This document shows, one piece after another, positions 32,089-43,495 of a stretch of 64,000 nucleotides of DNA (position 1 is the stretch's first letter; each line of letters begins with the position of its first letter). The stretch covers positions 1,056,001 through 1,120,000 of the forward strand of contig CAWCBP010000001.1 in NCBI GenBank assembly GCA_963793865.1, read 5' to 3'. Source of the stretch: an uncultured delta proteobacterium (GTDB lineage Bacteria > Desulfobacterota > WTBG01). The notes under the pieces are model-generated. The model was not told where the DNA came from, made no database searches, and saw only the letters and a list, made by a program, of their open reading frames with translations. Made by a program: the position numbers and the translations under genes.

Positions 32089-33384
32089 CTAGCCGGGCGC
32101 GCACCCATCTTCTACCACCCTTCCTTTTACGATGGTATAGCGTGCCCTGCCTTCAACCTCCCAGCCGTTAAACGGGGAATTGCGGCTCTTTGATTTGAAG
32201 CGGCTGACATCAACGCGTCCCACGGCTGACGGGTCTATGATGGTAATGTCGGCGTCGCATCCCCTGCCGAGCGTTCCTTTGGGTATTCCCAGAATTTTTG
32301 CCGGGTTAACGGCACATTTTTCAATCAAAGCCTGCATTGACAGCACCCCTTCTTTAACCAGCCTTAATGTCAGCGGCATTGCCGTCTCCAGCCCGACGAT
32401 GCCGGAAGCGGCATAGTCAAATTCCACGTCCTTTTCCAGGGATGAATGAGGCGCATGGTCTGTTGCGATCACATCAATGACGTTTTCTTTGAGGCCTTTT
32501 TTAATTGACTGAACATCCCGCGCGCTTCTGAGCGGCGGATTCACTTTGAAATGCGTGTCAAATGTTTCCAGGCTTTCATCACTCAGGGTGAAATAGTGCG
32601 GGGCGGTTTCTGCGGTCACGTTGACTCCCCGGGATTTCGCCTCCCGGATAATATCCACGGATCCTTTCGTGCTTACGTGAGCGATATGCACAGGGCAGCC
32701 GGTAAGTTCGGACAGGCTGACTTCGCGCGCCACGATTATATCTTCGGCAGCATTGGGAATTCCCTTGAGCCCAATTCGCATTGAGGTGCATCCCTCGTTC
32801 ATGACGCCGTTCCCGACCAAATCCGAATCCTCGCAGTGGCAGATGACCGGCATTCTAAAATTTTTCGCGTATTCCATGGCCCGCCGCATTAATTCGCTGT
32901 TTTTGACCGTCTTCCCGTCGTCGGAAACGGCCACAGCTCCTGCTTCCTTGAGTTCCCCCATGGGCGCCAGGAATTCGCCCTTGAGTCCGGCGGTTATGGC
33001 GCCAACCGGATAGACATTGACGCACCCGCTTTTCGCGGCGCGGTCAAGAATGTACTCGGTCACCGCCTGGTTGTCATTCACCGGGCTGGTGTTGGGCATG
33101 CAGGCAACCGAGGTAAATCCACCCGCCGCCGCCGCCCGGCATCCGGTCTCTATGGTTTCCTTGTACTCATGACCGGGCTCGCGCAGGTGCACATGCATGT
33201 CAATGAGGCCGGGAACCACCAGGCATCCTTCCGCATTGATAATGCGCGCGTTGGCCAGGTTATGCTTGTGCTGACCGGGATCAGGAAACAGGTCAACAAT
33301 CTTACCGTCTTGCACGAAAATTGAAAGCTGTGCATCCACGCCGTTCTGCGGATCGATAACCCTCCCCCCGCGTATCAGTAGCAT
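32089..33384 (-). CDS. pyrC: Dihydroorotase
   Basis: [29 protein letters not shown]. Confidence 0.96.
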   Translation of the reverse strand: MLLIRGGRVIDPQNGVDAQLSIFVQDGKIVDLFPDPGQHKHNLANARIINAEGCLVVPGLIDMHVHLREPGHEYKETIETGCRAAAAGGFTSVACMPNTSPVNDNQAVTEYILDRAAKSGCVNVYPVGAITAGLKGEFLAPMGELKEAGAVAVSDDGKTVKNSELMRRAMEYAKNFRMPVICHCEDSDLVGNGVMNEGCTSMRIGLKGIPNAAEDIIVAREVSLSELTGCPVHIAHVSTKGSVDIIREAKSRGVNVTAETAPHYFTLSDESLETFDTHFKVNPPLRSARDVQSIKKGLKENVIDVIATDHAPHSSLEKDVEFDYAASGIVGLETAMPLTLRLVKEGVLSMQALIEKCAVNPAKILGIPKGTLGRGCDADITIIDPSAVGRVDVSRFKSKSRNSPFNGWEVEGRARYTIVKGRVVEDGCAPG

Positions 33385-33393
33385 CTGCGCCTC

Positions 33394-34311
33394 CTATTTG
33401 CCTATTAAGAGATATAACAGGGCCATTCTCACCGCCACGCCGTTGGCGACCTGCTCCAAAATAAGTGCATATGGACCGTCGGCAACTTCAGGGGCTATTT
33501 CAACACCGCGGTTGACCGGGCCCGGGTGCATAATCAACACATCCTTTTTTGCCCTCTTGAGCCGCTCCAGGTTCAGGCCGAAAAAGGTCGAATACTCCCG
33601 CAGGGAAGGAAAAAGAAAGGCGCTCTGACGCTCCATCTGTATCCTGAGCATCATAATCACATCTGCATCGGCGACGGCATCATCCATGCTCGGGGCGACG
33701 GCTGCACCCAGCTCCTCAACAAAGTACGGAATCATGGTTAAGGGACCATAGACCTTCACCCGGGCTCCAAGCCTGGTGAGGCAGGCAACGTTCGACCTGG
33801 CCACCCGGCTGTGGGAAATATCCCCGATAATCGATACCGTCAAACCCTCAAAGGTTCCCTTCTTTTCGCGAATGGTAAAGGCATCCAGCAATGCCTGGGT
33901 GGGATGCTGGTGGGCGCCGTCACCGGCGTTAATGATGGACGCCGGAAGCGCATCAGCGAGGATTTTGGGCGCGCCGGCGGCAGAGTGCCTGACGACTACC
34001 AGATCGGGACTCATGGCCTGCAGGTTTTTTCCCGTGTCCTTGAGTGTCTCTCCCTTGCTCACGCTGCTGCTGGAGGTGGAGATGTTGACCACGTCCGCGC
34101 TGAGCCGTTTGCCGGCAATTTCAAAGGAGGTGCGGGTGCGGGTGCTCGGCTCGTAAAAGAGGTTGATGACCGTCTTCCCCCGCAGGGTGGGAACCTTCTT
34201 GATATCCCTGCTGGATATTTCCTTCATTGAATCCGCGGTGTCCAGGATAAGCTTGATTTCATCCACGCTGAGCTGCTCAATGGTAAGAAGATCCTTGCTG
34301 CGTAAGGGCAT
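33394..34311 (-). CDS. pyrB: Aspartate carbamoyltransferase catalytic subunit
   Basis: [33 protein letters not shown]. Confidence 0.97.
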   Translation of the reverse strand: MPLRSKDLLTIEQLSVDEIKLILDTADSMKEISSRDIKKVPTLRGKTVINLFYEPSTRTRTSFEIAGKRLSADVVNISTSSSSVSKGETLKDTGKNLQAMSPDLVVVRHSAAGAPKILADALPASIINAGDGAHQHPTQALLDAFTIREKKGTFEGLTVSIIGDISHSRVARSNVACLTRLGARVKVYGPLTMIPYFVEELGAAVAPSMDDAVADADVIMMLRIQMERQSAFLFPSLREYSTFFGLNLERLKRAKKDVLIMHPGPVNRGVEIAPEVADGPYALILEQVANGVAVRMALLYLLIGK

Positions 34312-34312
34312 A

Positions 34313-34855
34313 CTATGACTCCTCCTCTATAATGACCTCATCCACGCCGTCATCCTCGGTCAATTTCACTTCCACCACCTCGTTGGCCGAAGTGGGTATG
34401 TTCCTGCCCACGTAGTCCGCCCTGATGGGCAGCTCGCGGTGGCCACGGTCCAGGAGCACGGCCAGCTGGATGGAGCAGGGCCTTCCCAGATCAATAATCG
34501 CGTCAAGCGCAGCCCTGACCGTCCTCCCGGTAAACAGCACATCATCCACCAGCACCACCTTGGTGCCTTTAACGCTGAACGGCACATCTGTTTTTCTCAG
34601 CAGCGGCTGTGCGGCTATCTCGGACAGGTCATCCCGGTAGAGGGTAATATCAAGGGCGCCGATGGGTACTTCAACCTGCGCGATGTCCCGGATCAACCGG
34701 GACAGGCGGCGGGCCAGGGTAACCCCCCGCCTCATGATGCCAATCAGGACGAGATGCTCCCCCTCCCTGTTTTTCTCAACAATCTCGTGGGCAATTCTTT
34801 TTAAACTTTTCTCGATTTCTTCCCCGTTTAAAACCAGCTTTTTCCTGCGGCTCAT
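34313..34855 (-). CDS. pyrR: Bifunctional pyr attenuation regulator / uracil phosphoribosyltransferase
   Basis: [49 protein letters not shown] before ATG 34855. Confidence 0.96.
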   Translation of the reverse strand: MSRRKKLVLNGEEIEKSLKRIAHEIVEKNREGEHLVLIGIMRRGVTLARRLSRLIRDIAQVEVPIGALDITLYRDDLSEIAAQPLLRKTDVPFSVKGTKVVLVDDVLFTGRTVRAALDAIIDLGRPCSIQLAVLLDRGHRELPIRADYVGRNIPTSANEVVEVKLTEDDGVDEVIIEEES

Positions 34856-34870
34856 GATGGTGCTCCTCAC

Positions 34871-34972
34871 AAAAAAACCTCTTCACCCGGTGGGCAAAGA
34901 GGTTTCACCTGTTACTGACGGTAAAAGACATGAATGGACACCTTTCTAATCTCACGGGATTAAATTAAAGGT
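34871..34972 (-). promoter_or_regulatory. PyrR-binding attenuator leader (binding loop plus terminator)
   Basis: ACCTTTAATTTAATCCCGTGAGATTAGAAAGGT resembles the PyrR loop consensus (CUUUAA..ARUCCNGNGAGGYU); followed by AAACCTCTT..AAGAGGTTTTTTT terminator at 34871-34905. Confidence 0.85.
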
Positions 34973-34980
34973 TTAAGGTA

Positions 34981-35008
34981 ATCATACCGAATATTCTATA
35001 AAAGTCAA
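34981..35008 (-). promoter_or_regulatory. Sigma70 promoter of the pyr operon
   Basis: TTGACT-N16-TATGAT immediately upstream of the PyrR leader. Confidence 0.7.
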
Positions 35009-35108
35009 AGATATTTTTTTACCTTACGCTCCTTCCGGAGATACGTTTCCTATTCGATCTAAAACTCCTTCCCGCTAATCATTGTTCATCAGGGGATGTC
35101 ATTAAAAT

Positions 35109-36530
35109 ATGCGCTATGTCCAATGCTTAATCAATGCATGTCTGTGTCTTGTTCTGGGTTGCTGCTCGAACATCACCTCCAAGTCGCCTGCCAGACATGT
35201 AATCATTATTTCCCTGGACACAACCCGGCCCGACCACATTGGATGTTACGGCAATCCCTGGATCAGCACTCCTTATCTTGACCGTCTCGCCGCCGAATCC
35301 ATTCTCTTTACCCAGTACATGACGGTAGTACCTACCACCCTCCCCTCCCACACATCGCTCTTTACCGGCACATTCCCCCACAATCACGGCAACCCGCAGA
35401 ACGGGTACATGGTAAACAATAAAAATGTGATGCTGACGGAGATACTGAAAAGCACTGGTTTTCAAACCCTGGGGTTCATTGGATCATTTGCACTGGACAG
35501 CCGGTTCGATTTTGCGCAGGGGTTTGACCATTATGATCAAACCTACGAACGCTTCGTCGGGGAGGGAAAGCTGACCGAGCACGAGAGGTCTGCCCAATCG
35601 GTAACCCGTTCGGTCATCAGCCATATAAATTCATTGCCATCTCATCAGTCCCTCTTCCTGTTTGTCCATTACTTTGACCCCCACAAGCCTTTCGAGCCGC
35701 CGGCCCCCTATGACACCATGTACCGCTGGGATAAAGGGGATAGCGCATCCCCGGACGGAAGAATCACCGTCAGCTACTCGTGTCCCCACTCGCTGAGTGA
35801 GGACAATTGGCAGCTTTCCAAAAAAGCGGCCTTGGGGTATGCCGGTGAAATTTCATACATGGATCATCATCTGGGAGAGCTTCTTGCCTATCTGAGACAG
35901 AAGGGCATACTTGACGATGCCATCCTGATTGTGACAAGCGACCACGGAGAAAATTTCTGGGAGCACATGCCCTATTTTCATCATGGTACCTCCACCTATC
36001 AAACCAGCATGCGCGCCGTGTGCATGATCCGTCTGCCCCGTGCCGCACACGGGGGCACGGTTGTAAAAAATCCTCTTTCAAGCATCGATATTATGCCGAC
36101 TGTTCTTAGCTATCTGAATATTCCTGCGCCGCCGGGAATCGATGGAAAGTCGTTTGACGTAAACAACGCAGCCGCATCTATTGGAGACCGTTATGTCTAC
36201 GGGCAGGCAAGTCTGACAAAGCCGTGGAAGGTTCCCGAGGTATCTTCAGGATGGCCGCACGCCAACAAGGCACGCTGCATAAGAAAGGGAAACATAATTT
36301 ATATGCAAACGCCCTATACACAAACTGAGGAGTTCTATGATCTCTCTGCTGATCCTTATGAACAGGAAAACCTTCTTCGCACCCCAACGCCCGAAATAAG
36401 ATCCCTGGCGCATGGGCTCAAAGAAAAGCTCGAGGATTGGGTATCAGCAGCACATCCGCTCCCATCGTCCCCGGAAAAAGAAAAGCGGCAGGAAACGGTA
36501 GAAAAACTGAAGGCGCTGGGGTATCTGTAA
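35109..36530 (+). CDS. Exported sulfatase-like hydrolase/transferase (alkaline phosphatase superfamily)
   Basis: ISLDTTRPDH, TTLPSHTSLFTG, HYFDPH, TSDHGE, C-terminal LKALGYL; possible lipoprotein signal. Confidence 0.85.
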   Translation: MRYVQCLINACLCLVLGCCSNITSKSPARHVIIISLDTTRPDHIGCYGNPWISTPYLDRLAAESILFTQYMTVVPTTLPSHTSLFTGTFPHNHGNPQNGYMVNNKNVMLTEILKSTGFQTLGFIGSFALDSRFDFAQGFDHYDQTYERFVGEGKLTEHERSAQSVTRSVISHINSLPSHQSLFLFVHYFDPHKPFEPPAPYDTMYRWDKGDSASPDGRITVSYSCPHSLSEDNWQLSKKAALGYAGEISYMDHHLGELLAYLRQKGILDDAILIVTSDHGENFWEHMPYFHHGTSTYQTSMRAVCMIRLPRAAHGGTVVKNPLSSIDIMPTVLSYLNIPAPPGIDGKSFDVNNAAASIGDRYVYGQASLTKPWKVPEVSSGWPHANKARCIRKGNIIYMQTPYTQTEEFYDLSADPYEQENLLRTPTPEIRSLAHGLKEKLEDWVSAAHPLPSSPEKEKRQETVEKLKALGYL

Positions 36531-36554
36531 TCTTATCTTCACGGCCCCTCACTG

Positions 36555-37931
36555 TTACTGCAAGTATCCCAGACTTTTGAGGGCATCTTCTGTTTTGGTA
36601 TCAAGCTTAAGCTGCATGGCAAGATTCCCGGACTTGTACTGCTTTCTCCACTCCTGGTAGTATCCGGCCAGCTCCTGTTTCCTTGTATCATCTACTTGAA
36701 CCGGCCGTCTTTCTTTCGGCAGCTCCCGCAGATTAAAGAACACGTCTTTCCCCGTATTCCAGTTATTATGAATATATTTGATAGTCCCGGTCCGTACCGC
36801 TATTGACTGCTCTTCATCTTTCACGCCAAAATCGTTTGTTTCGCAGGTCACGTAGGTGCGAACCGGGGCCGGGTCAGCCGATTCCATCAGGCCGGCCAGG
36901 CTGACGCCGTCGCAGCCCTTCATCTCAATCCCCAGCAGGTCGACCAGCGTCGGCATCACGTCAACGATGCTGGCAAGTTCAGCGATCCGCTTTCCCGCGA
37001 AGCCCGGCAGATGCATAATACAGGGGATCCACATCACCGTGTCATAGACAACCCTGCTGTGGTCAAGGTACCCGTCGTGCTCATAGAGATTTTCGCCATG
37101 GTCCGCAACCAGGACAATGATGGTTTTCTGCGGATCAGACAGCCGGCCCACACCTTCCAGAAGCTTCTTCACCTCCGCGTCAACGAACCTGACTTCCCCG
37201 CTGTAGAGTTCCTGCAGGCTGGCAAGGTCCGATTGGCCGGGCTTAAGAAAATATGGAAAATCAGTGCGCACAACCTTGCCCGGATCGTAAAAGCCCGCAG
37301 GGGGCTCATAGGGCAGATGGGGATCGTAATAATGAACCCACATGAAAAACGGGGCGGCCGGCTTCTGTTTCTCCAGCACGGCAATCGCGCGGCGGGTGGT
37401 CTCTTCAGCGTTACAGTCAAAAACGCCGTAGTCGTGGTCAAACCACTTCCTGTTTTTCAGATTGACGCTTCCCCGGCAGGATGAGAAATCAGCGTCATAG
37501 TACGAAAATCCCTGCTGGATATTGAAGCGGGGATCGAGGGGCAACGCGCTGACGGCGGCAAGGCAGGTGTAGCCATGCCGGCCCAGCACTTCGGCCAGGG
37601 TAGTGACCGAATCCTGCACCGCGTACCCGTTTCTGCAGTCGCGGGGATATTTCGATGTCATGAGCGACAGATGGGCAGGCAGGGTGGTCGATGACGTGGT
37701 AAACATTGATTCAAAAAGAAAGCTCCTGCCGGTGAGTGCATCGATGGCAGGAGTTAATTTTTTATTACCGTACGCACCGACGTAATCAGCCCTCAGGGTG
37801 TCAATTGAGATGAGCAGGAGATTGTATTGACGGAAGCGAGCCCGCATTGACGGTGCATCCTGATTGCATCCCGCGAGTGCAAAAAGGCTGATGCAGAGTG
37901 CCAGCGTGTAAGCTGTGGAATAACGAATCAT
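36555..37931 (-). CDS. Lipoprotein sulfatase-like hydrolase/transferase
   Basis: LAGC lipobox, ISIDTLRADY, TTLPAHLSLMTS, HYYDPH, ADHGE, LKSLGYL. Confidence 0.85.
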   Translation of the reverse strand: MIRYSTAYTLALCISLFALAGCNQDAPSMRARFRQYNLLLISIDTLRADYVGAYGNKKLTPAIDALTGRSFLFESMFTTSSTTLPAHLSLMTSKYPRDCRNGYAVQDSVTTLAEVLGRHGYTCLAAVSALPLDPRFNIQQGFSYYDADFSSCRGSVNLKNRKWFDHDYGVFDCNAEETTRRAIAVLEKQKPAAPFFMWVHYYDPHLPYEPPAGFYDPGKVVRTDFPYFLKPGQSDLASLQELYSGEVRFVDAEVKKLLEGVGRLSDPQKTIIVLVADHGENLYEHDGYLDHSRVVYDTVMWIPCIMHLPGFAGKRIAELASIVDVMPTLVDLLGIEMKGCDGVSLAGLMESADPAPVRTYVTCETNDFGVKDEEQSIAVRTGTIKYIHNNWNTGKDVFFNLRELPKERRPVQVDDTRKQELAGYYQEWRKQYKSGNLAMQLKLDTKTEDALKSLGYLQ

Positions 37932-38002
37932 GCAGGCAGTTTTTTATCCTTTTGCAAGAAGGCCGGCACGAATGCCCCCCGGTTGGTTTTCGTAGTGTAA
38001 AG

Positions 38003-38611
38003 TCAATGTATCAACTTTCCTATACGACTCCACTTGATGTCCCGCATAAACCCGCTCCAGGACCAGTAAATGAGAAAGGCCTTGCCTTTAACCTTGCTCA
38101 GCGGCACAAATCCCCAGAAACGGCTGTCCGCACTCCTGTCCCGGTTATCTCCCATAACAAAGAGCATGTCTTTGGGAACCCGCTGCGGTCCGAAATAATC
38201 CCTTTTGGTCACATGCGCCGGTATAACGGCATTATCCTTGTGAACGGCAAAAGGCTCGTTTTGCAGGGTATCGTTGACATACACCTTTTTTTCCTTTACC
38301 TCGATGGTATCACCTTCAACAGCAACCACTCGCTTGATGAAATCCTTGCTCTCGTCTTCAGGGTAGATAAACACCACAACATCGCCCCGCTGCGGGCGTT
38401 TAAAATCAAAGAACCTCAGATCCGTGTACGGTATCCGCTCCCCGTACATGAACTTGTTGACCAGGATGTGGTCACCCACCAATAACGTATCTTCCATCGA
38501 TCCCGAAGGTATTTTAAACGCCTGCACCACGAAGGTCCTTATGAGCAGTGCAAGCAGAATTGCCACCGCGAAGGCCTCGATATATTCCCTGACCATTCCT
38601 TTCTTTTTCAT
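38003..38611 (-). CDS. lepB: Signal peptidase I
   Basis: IPSGSMEDTL (Ser), DFIKRVVA (Lys), MGDNRDRSADSRFWG. Confidence 0.96.
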   Translation of the reverse strand: MKKKGMVREYIEAFAVAILLALLIRTFVVQAFKIPSGSMEDTLLVGDHILVNKFMYGERIPYTDLRFFDFKRPQRGDVVVFIYPEDESKDFIKRVVAVEGDTIEVKEKKVYVNDTLQNEPFAVHKDNAVIPAHVTKRDYFGPQRVPKDMLFVMGDNRDRSADSRFWGFVPLSKVKGKAFLIYWSWSGFMRDIKWSRIGKLIH

Positions 38612-38883
38612 AAATTATACGTTCCCTCCCGTCACCACCTGTTCAGATCGCCCTTTCCCGCTCTCCGGTTACTATATGTGCCGGCTGCGCTGAATACATC
38701 TAATTTTTATAAAGGTATGAAATTTATATCATGACGACCTTTATGTAAAGGAGAAAATAACTTTATTGCATGACGGCACCTGAAAATTCAGGGACGGCCG
38801 GGATCCCCTTCCCTGATAATTACCGGTGCAGCAAAGAAAATATGTTGACTTTAATGAAGTATTTCAGGTATATATTTGTCAGA

Positions 38884-38959
38884 GCGGGCATAGCTCAGTT
38901 GGCAGAGTACAAGCTTCCCAAGCTTGGGGTCGCGGGTTCGAGGCCCGTTGCCCGCTCCA
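38884..38959 (+). tRNA. tRNA-Gly (CCC)
   Basis: GCGGGCA..TGCCCGC acceptor stem, anticodon arm CAAGC-TTCCCAA-GCTTG, GGTTCGA T loop, encoded CCA. Confidence 0.95.
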
Positions 38960-39025
38960 TTATTCCACTGGATTTTTCCGCTTGCATCGGGATTAAATCT
39001 GTGCTATGGTTGCACATCACTTAGC

Positions 39026-39052
39026 AAAAGTGGGGATTTCCCACTTTTTTTA
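39026..39052 (+). promoter_or_regulatory. rimP leader hairpin
   Basis: AAAAGTGGGGATTTCCCACTTTTTTT directly upstream of rimP, the usual GTGGG..CCCAC stem. Confidence 0.7.
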
Positions 39053-39065
39053 TTGACCGCGTTTT

Positions 39066-39557
39066 ATGGTTACAACCCTTATTGAATCCGTAAGAGAGCT
39101 TACCGAGCCGATTATTGTGTCGCAGGGGCTGGAGCTGGTTGACATCGAGTTCTTCAGTGAGCCGCGGGGTTGGGTGCTCAGATTTTATGTTGATAAGGAA
39201 GGCGGCGTTGCCCTGGAACACTGCAGCCGATTAAGTGGACAATTAGGCGATGTGATCGATGTAAAAGACATTATTCCTCACCGATATATTCTTGAGGTAT
39301 CATCTCCGGGCGTGAATCGTGTTTTAAAGAAGGAAAAGGACTTCATACAATTCCGCGGCGAAATTATAAAGGTCAGGAGCTCCGAGCCGGTTGACGGAAG
39401 GAAGCACTTCCAGGGCACGCTTGTTGGCTGCAGGGATGGAAACATTATCATTGACAGTGATGCGCAGCAGTACAGCATTCCCATGGCCCTGATATCCAAA
39501 GCCAACATCGCATATCAATTTCCCGAACTTACTAAAAAAGGCAAAAAGACCCGGTAA
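39066..39557 (+). CDS. rimP: Ribosome maturation factor RimP
   Basis: YILEVSSPGVNRVL; precedes nusA. Confidence 0.95.
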   Translation: MVTTLIESVRELTEPIIVSQGLELVDIEFFSEPRGWVLRFYVDKEGGVALEHCSRLSGQLGDVIDVKDIIPHRYILEVSSPGVNRVLKKEKDFIQFRGEIIKVRSSEPVDGRKHFQGTLVGCRDGNIIIDSDAQQYSIPMALISKANIAYQFPELTKKGKKTR

Positions 39558-39590
39558 AATCAGTTCGCCGGGCAACAGAGGTGTTTACTT

Positions 39591-40880
39591 ATGATTAATG
39601 AGCTTGACCGCATACTGGAAGAAGTCAGAAAAGACAAGGACCTTGACAAGGAAACGCTGATTAAGACCCTGGAGGCGGCGCTTCTCAAGGCCGCGAAAAA
39701 CAGGTACGGGCACAACAGCGAAATCGAGGCCCACTTTAACCGCGAATTGGGAGAGGTTGAACTTTTCCAGTTTAAAAATGTGGTCAACGAAGTAAAAAAT
39801 CCAAAGAGTGAAATATCGCTTGAGGAGGCAAAAACAATTCTGGATCCGGATGCGCAAATAGGTGACAGCCTCGGCGTCAAACTCAACACTGCTGATTTCG
39901 GCAGAATAGCCGCTCAAACCGCAAAGCAGGTGATCATTCAGAACATACGAGAGGCCGAACGTGAAAACACCTACCAGAACTACAAGGACCGCAAGGGCGA
40001 GCTGGTAAACGGCATTGTGCAGCGCTTTGACCGCGGTGACATAATCGTCAATATGGGCAAGACCGAGGCCATCCTTCCTTCCAAGGAGCAGGTGCCCAGG
40101 GAGCACTACCGGCTGCGGGATAGGGTCAAGGCATACATTCTGGACATTAAAAAGACCACCAAGGATCCTCAGATCGTGCTTTCCCGGACATGCACGGGAT
40201 TCATCAGGGAACTCTTCAAAACAGAGGTTCCTGAAATCAATGAGGGTATTGTCACCATTAAGCACATTGCCCGTGAACCGGGCACACGGACGAAAATAGC
40301 GGTTGATTCGTCCAACCCTGATGTCGATCCCGTCGGCGCCTGCGTCGGCACCAAGGGAGCGCGTGTCCAGAACATCGTGCAGGAATTGAGGGGGGAAAAG
40401 ATTGACATCATTCCCTGGTCTGAAGATCCGGCAAAGTTTGTCTGCAGTGCCCTGGCACCGGCAGAAATCATGGAGGTCATTTTATACAATGAACAAAGGG
40501 CCATGGAAATCATAGTGCCCGACAATCAAACCTCCCTGGCCATCGGCAAAAAGGGCCAGAATGTGAGGCTGGCGGTCAAACTGACCGGATGGAAAATTGA
40601 CATCAAGAGCAAATCCGAGGCTGAGGGCGAATCAAAGACCGCTCTTGATAATCTCATGCAAATTCCGGGCATTGGTGAAACCAGCGCCCAGGCCCTGCTC
40701 AACGAAGGATACGGATCTGCCCGGGACATTGTAAAGGCGGAGGTGGAAGAGCTTACCAAATTGCCCGGATTCGGTGAGAAAAAGGCGCAGGCCATAAAGG
40801 AGGCGGCGCAGGAAATAATTAACCAGCAGGAGAACGCGAAGGAAGTGCCGTCAGACGCTCCCGCCCCTGATGAACCCTAA
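39591..40880 (+). CDS. nusA: Transcription termination factor NusA (C-terminal HhH)
   Basis: FGRIAAQTAKQVI, AREPGTRTKIAV, AIGKKGQNVRLA. Confidence 0.97.
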   Translation: MINELDRILEEVRKDKDLDKETLIKTLEAALLKAAKNRYGHNSEIEAHFNRELGEVELFQFKNVVNEVKNPKSEISLEEAKTILDPDAQIGDSLGVKLNTADFGRIAAQTAKQVIIQNIREAERENTYQNYKDRKGELVNGIVQRFDRGDIIVNMGKTEAILPSKEQVPREHYRLRDRVKAYILDIKKTTKDPQIVLSRTCTGFIRELFKTEVPEINEGIVTIKHIAREPGTRTKIAVDSSNPDVDPVGACVGTKGARVQNIVQELRGEKIDIIPWSEDPAKFVCSALAPAEIMEVILYNEQRAMEIIVPDNQTSLAIGKKGQNVRLAVKLTGWKIDIKSKSEAEGESKTALDNLMQIPGIGETSAQALLNEGYGSARDIVKAEVEELTKLPGFGEKKAQAIKEAAQEIINQQENAKEVPSDAPAPDEP

Positions 40881-40969
40881 GCAGGGGGGTTATCGATCAG
40901 GCCTGCCTGCGCCGGACCATATCATCACCTGAGCATTGGCACATACATTTACCAACAACAACGAGTATT

Positions 40970-43453
40970 ATGAGACTTCATCAGTTAGCCAAGGAACTTA
41001 ATTTAACCGCCAAGGATCTCACCCCGCATCTCAAGAAGCTGGGCATTCAATTCAAGAACCACATGAGCGCCCTTTCTGAAGATGACGTGGCACGCATCAA
41101 GAACCTTTTGAATCCGCCGACAGCTGAAACCGTTGTCGAACAAAGGCTCAGACCGACCATCATCCGCAGGCGGAGAAAAGAGCACGAAGAGCCGCCGACG
41201 GCTGAGGTGACGGAAATCGCCGCTGAGGAGGCGGCACAGGCCTCCGGGACGCCGGTTGAGCCCGCCCCGGAAGAAGCACAGGAAATCGGGGAGACAAAAC
41301 CTGCCAGGGAAGCAATAACCGCAGAGGCTGCCGCGCCGCAGGAAAAGCAGACTGCTCCCGCAGCGCCTGGCCCCGCACAAGCAGCCGGCGCCGAGAAAAA
41401 AGAGGAAGCCAAGCCTTCCAAGATTAAGATACTTCCGACCAAGATCGTCCTCCCCGAAGAGGAGGAGGATGAGAAGAAGCTCCCCGCGAAAAAGAAGAAG
41501 CGCGGCAGAGAACGATTCTTCCCCGCGGAGGACATTGCGGTCAAAAAGAACATTCCTCTCTCATCCAAGGAGCTGGAAGAACAGGATACTGTGCTGCCGC
41601 TTGAGGAGCCTGCCAAAGTAACCAAGATTTTCCCTCCCCGGAAGAAAAAGAGCATCTCCCTGGTCAAAGGCAAAAAAACCGCCATTACCGTGCCAAAGGC
41701 CATCAAGCGGAAGATCAGGATCGTGGAGAGCATAACTGTCGGCCAGCTGGCAAAACGCATGAGCGTCAAGGCGGCCGAGGTTATTAAAAAGCTCATGCAG
41801 CTCGGGGTCATGGCTTCGCTGAATGAAATCATCGATGCCGACGCGGCCTCCCTTGCCGCGCATGAATTCGGTTATGAAATAGAGATGGTAAAGCGGGAGG
41901 AGGAGCAGATCCTGGTTAAAAAGCAGGACTCGCCCGATGCCCTGCTGCCCCGCGCGCCCATTGTTACGGTGATGGGCCACATTGACCACGGCAAAACCTC
42001 GCTGCTCGATGCCATCAGGCAAACCAACGTCACCGAAACCGAGGCCGGGGGCATCACCCAGCATGTCGGGGCTTATAACGTGCGCCTCGACAAGGGAAAC
42101 ATTGTCTTCATCGACACGCCCGGCCATGAGGCGTTTACCACCATGCGCGCCCGTGGAGCAAAGGTGACCGATATCGTGATTCTGGTCATTGCCGCAGACG
42201 ACGGGGTCATGCCCCAGACCATTGAGGCCATTGATCATTCAAAGGCGGCCCGGGTGCCGATCATTGTCACCATCAACAAAATTGACAAGCCCAATGCCGA
42301 CCCCGAGCGTATCAAGCAGGCGCTGACTGAATATGAACTTCTTCCTGAAGAGTGGGGGGGAGAAACCCTGTATGCTCAAATCTCGGCCAAGCAGCGCACC
42401 GGCATCGACACCCTCCTTGACACCATTCTGCTTCAGGCGGAAATGCTGGAGCTGAAGGCCAACCCCAACAAGCCCGCGGAAGGAACGGTCATTGAGGCCA
42501 GGCTGGATAAGAACCGGGGCATTATGGCCACCGTCCTCGTCCAGGAAGGAACGCTTAAAGTCGGGGACACCTTTATTTCCGGTGTTCACTTCGGCAAGGT
42601 GCGCTCCCTCATCAACGACCTGGGTGAATCAATTCAGCAGGCGGGCCCTTCCACACCGGTGCAGGTGATCGGACTCACCGGCATGCCGGATGCGGGAGAT
42701 ACTTTCCTGGTTATTGATGAAGAGAAAAAAGCACGGCAGGCGGGTATTTATCTGCAGCAGAAGCAGCGGGAGCAGGGCCTTGCGGAATCAGGCAGGCTTA
42801 CGCTCGAAGGGCTGCAAAGCCAGATAAGTGATGGTTCCGTCAAAGAGCTCAACGTGATTATAAAGGTTGACGTGCACGGCAGCCTCGATGCCGTCACCAA
42901 GTCCCTGGCGGAATTGGGAAATGAAAACGTAAAAATATCGGTTATCCACGGTGCCGTCGGTGCCATCAATCAATCGGATGTCATGCTCGCTTCCGCCTCA
43001 CAGGCCATCATCATCGGTTTCGGCGTCAAGCCGGACCCGAATGCAAAACAGCTTGCCGAGCAGGAAAAGGTGGACATCCGCTACTACAAGATCATTTATG
43101 ACGCAATCTCCGACGTGAAAAATGCACTGGAAGGGCTGCTCGCCCCCACGGTGGTTGAAAAGCTCGCCGGCAGGGCGGAAGTGCGCCAGGTGTTCAACCT
43201 GTCCAAGCAGGGCACCATCGCCGGGAGCATGGTCACCGAAGGAAAGATCAGTCGCGGAAGCATGGTTCGCCTCACCAGAAACGGCAGCATGATTCACCAG
43301 GGAAAGATCAACTCGCTCAAGCGGTTCAAGGATAACGTGCGGGAAGTCGAGGCGGGGCATGATTGCGGTATCGGCATAGAGGGCTTTGATGCATTTGAAG
43401 CCGGGGACATAATCGAATGCTATACCGTTGAGGAGTTCGCCACCAAATTATAA
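40970..43453 (+). CDS. infB: Translation initiation factor IF-2
   Basis: [33 protein letters not shown]. Confidence 0.98.
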   Translation: MRLHQLAKELNLTAKDLTPHLKKLGIQFKNHMSALSEDDVARIKNLLNPPTAETVVEQRLRPTIIRRRRKEHEEPPTAEVTEIAAEEAAQASGTPVEPAPEEAQEIGETKPAREAITAEAAAPQEKQTAPAAPGPAQAAGAEKKEEAKPSKIKILPTKIVLPEEEEDEKKLPAKKKKRGRERFFPAEDIAVKKNIPLSSKELEEQDTVLPLEEPAKVTKIFPPRKKKSISLVKGKKTAITVPKAIKRKIRIVESITVGQLAKRMSVKAAEVIKKLMQLGVMASLNEIIDADAASLAAHEFGYEIEMVKREEEQILVKKQDSPDALLPRAPIVTVMGHIDHGKTSLLDAIRQTNVTETEAGGITQHVGAYNVRLDKGNIVFIDTPGHEAFTTMRARGAKVTDIVILVIAADDGVMPQTIEAIDHSKAARVPIIVTINKIDKPNADPERIKQALTEYELLPEEWGGETLYAQISAKQRTGIDTLLDTILLQAEMLELKANPNKPAEGTVIEARLDKNRGIMATVLVQEGTLKVGDTFISGVHFGKVRSLINDLGESIQQAGPSTPVQVIGLTGMPDAGDTFLVIDEEKKARQAGIYLQQKQREQGLAESGRLTLEGLQSQISDGSVKELNVIIKVDVHGSLDAVTKSLAELGNENVKISVIHGAVGAINQSDVMLASASQAIIIGFGVKPDPNAKQLAEQEKVDIRYYKIIYDAISDVKNALEGLLAPTVVEKLAGRAEVRQVFNLSKQGTIAGSMVTEGKISRGSMVRLTRNGSMIHQGKINSLKRFKDNVREVEAGHDCGIGIEGFDAFEAGDIIECYTVEEFATKL

Positions 43454-43495
43454 CCGGCTGACCGAGTTCCTCCGCGCTCGGCATGGAATACCACC

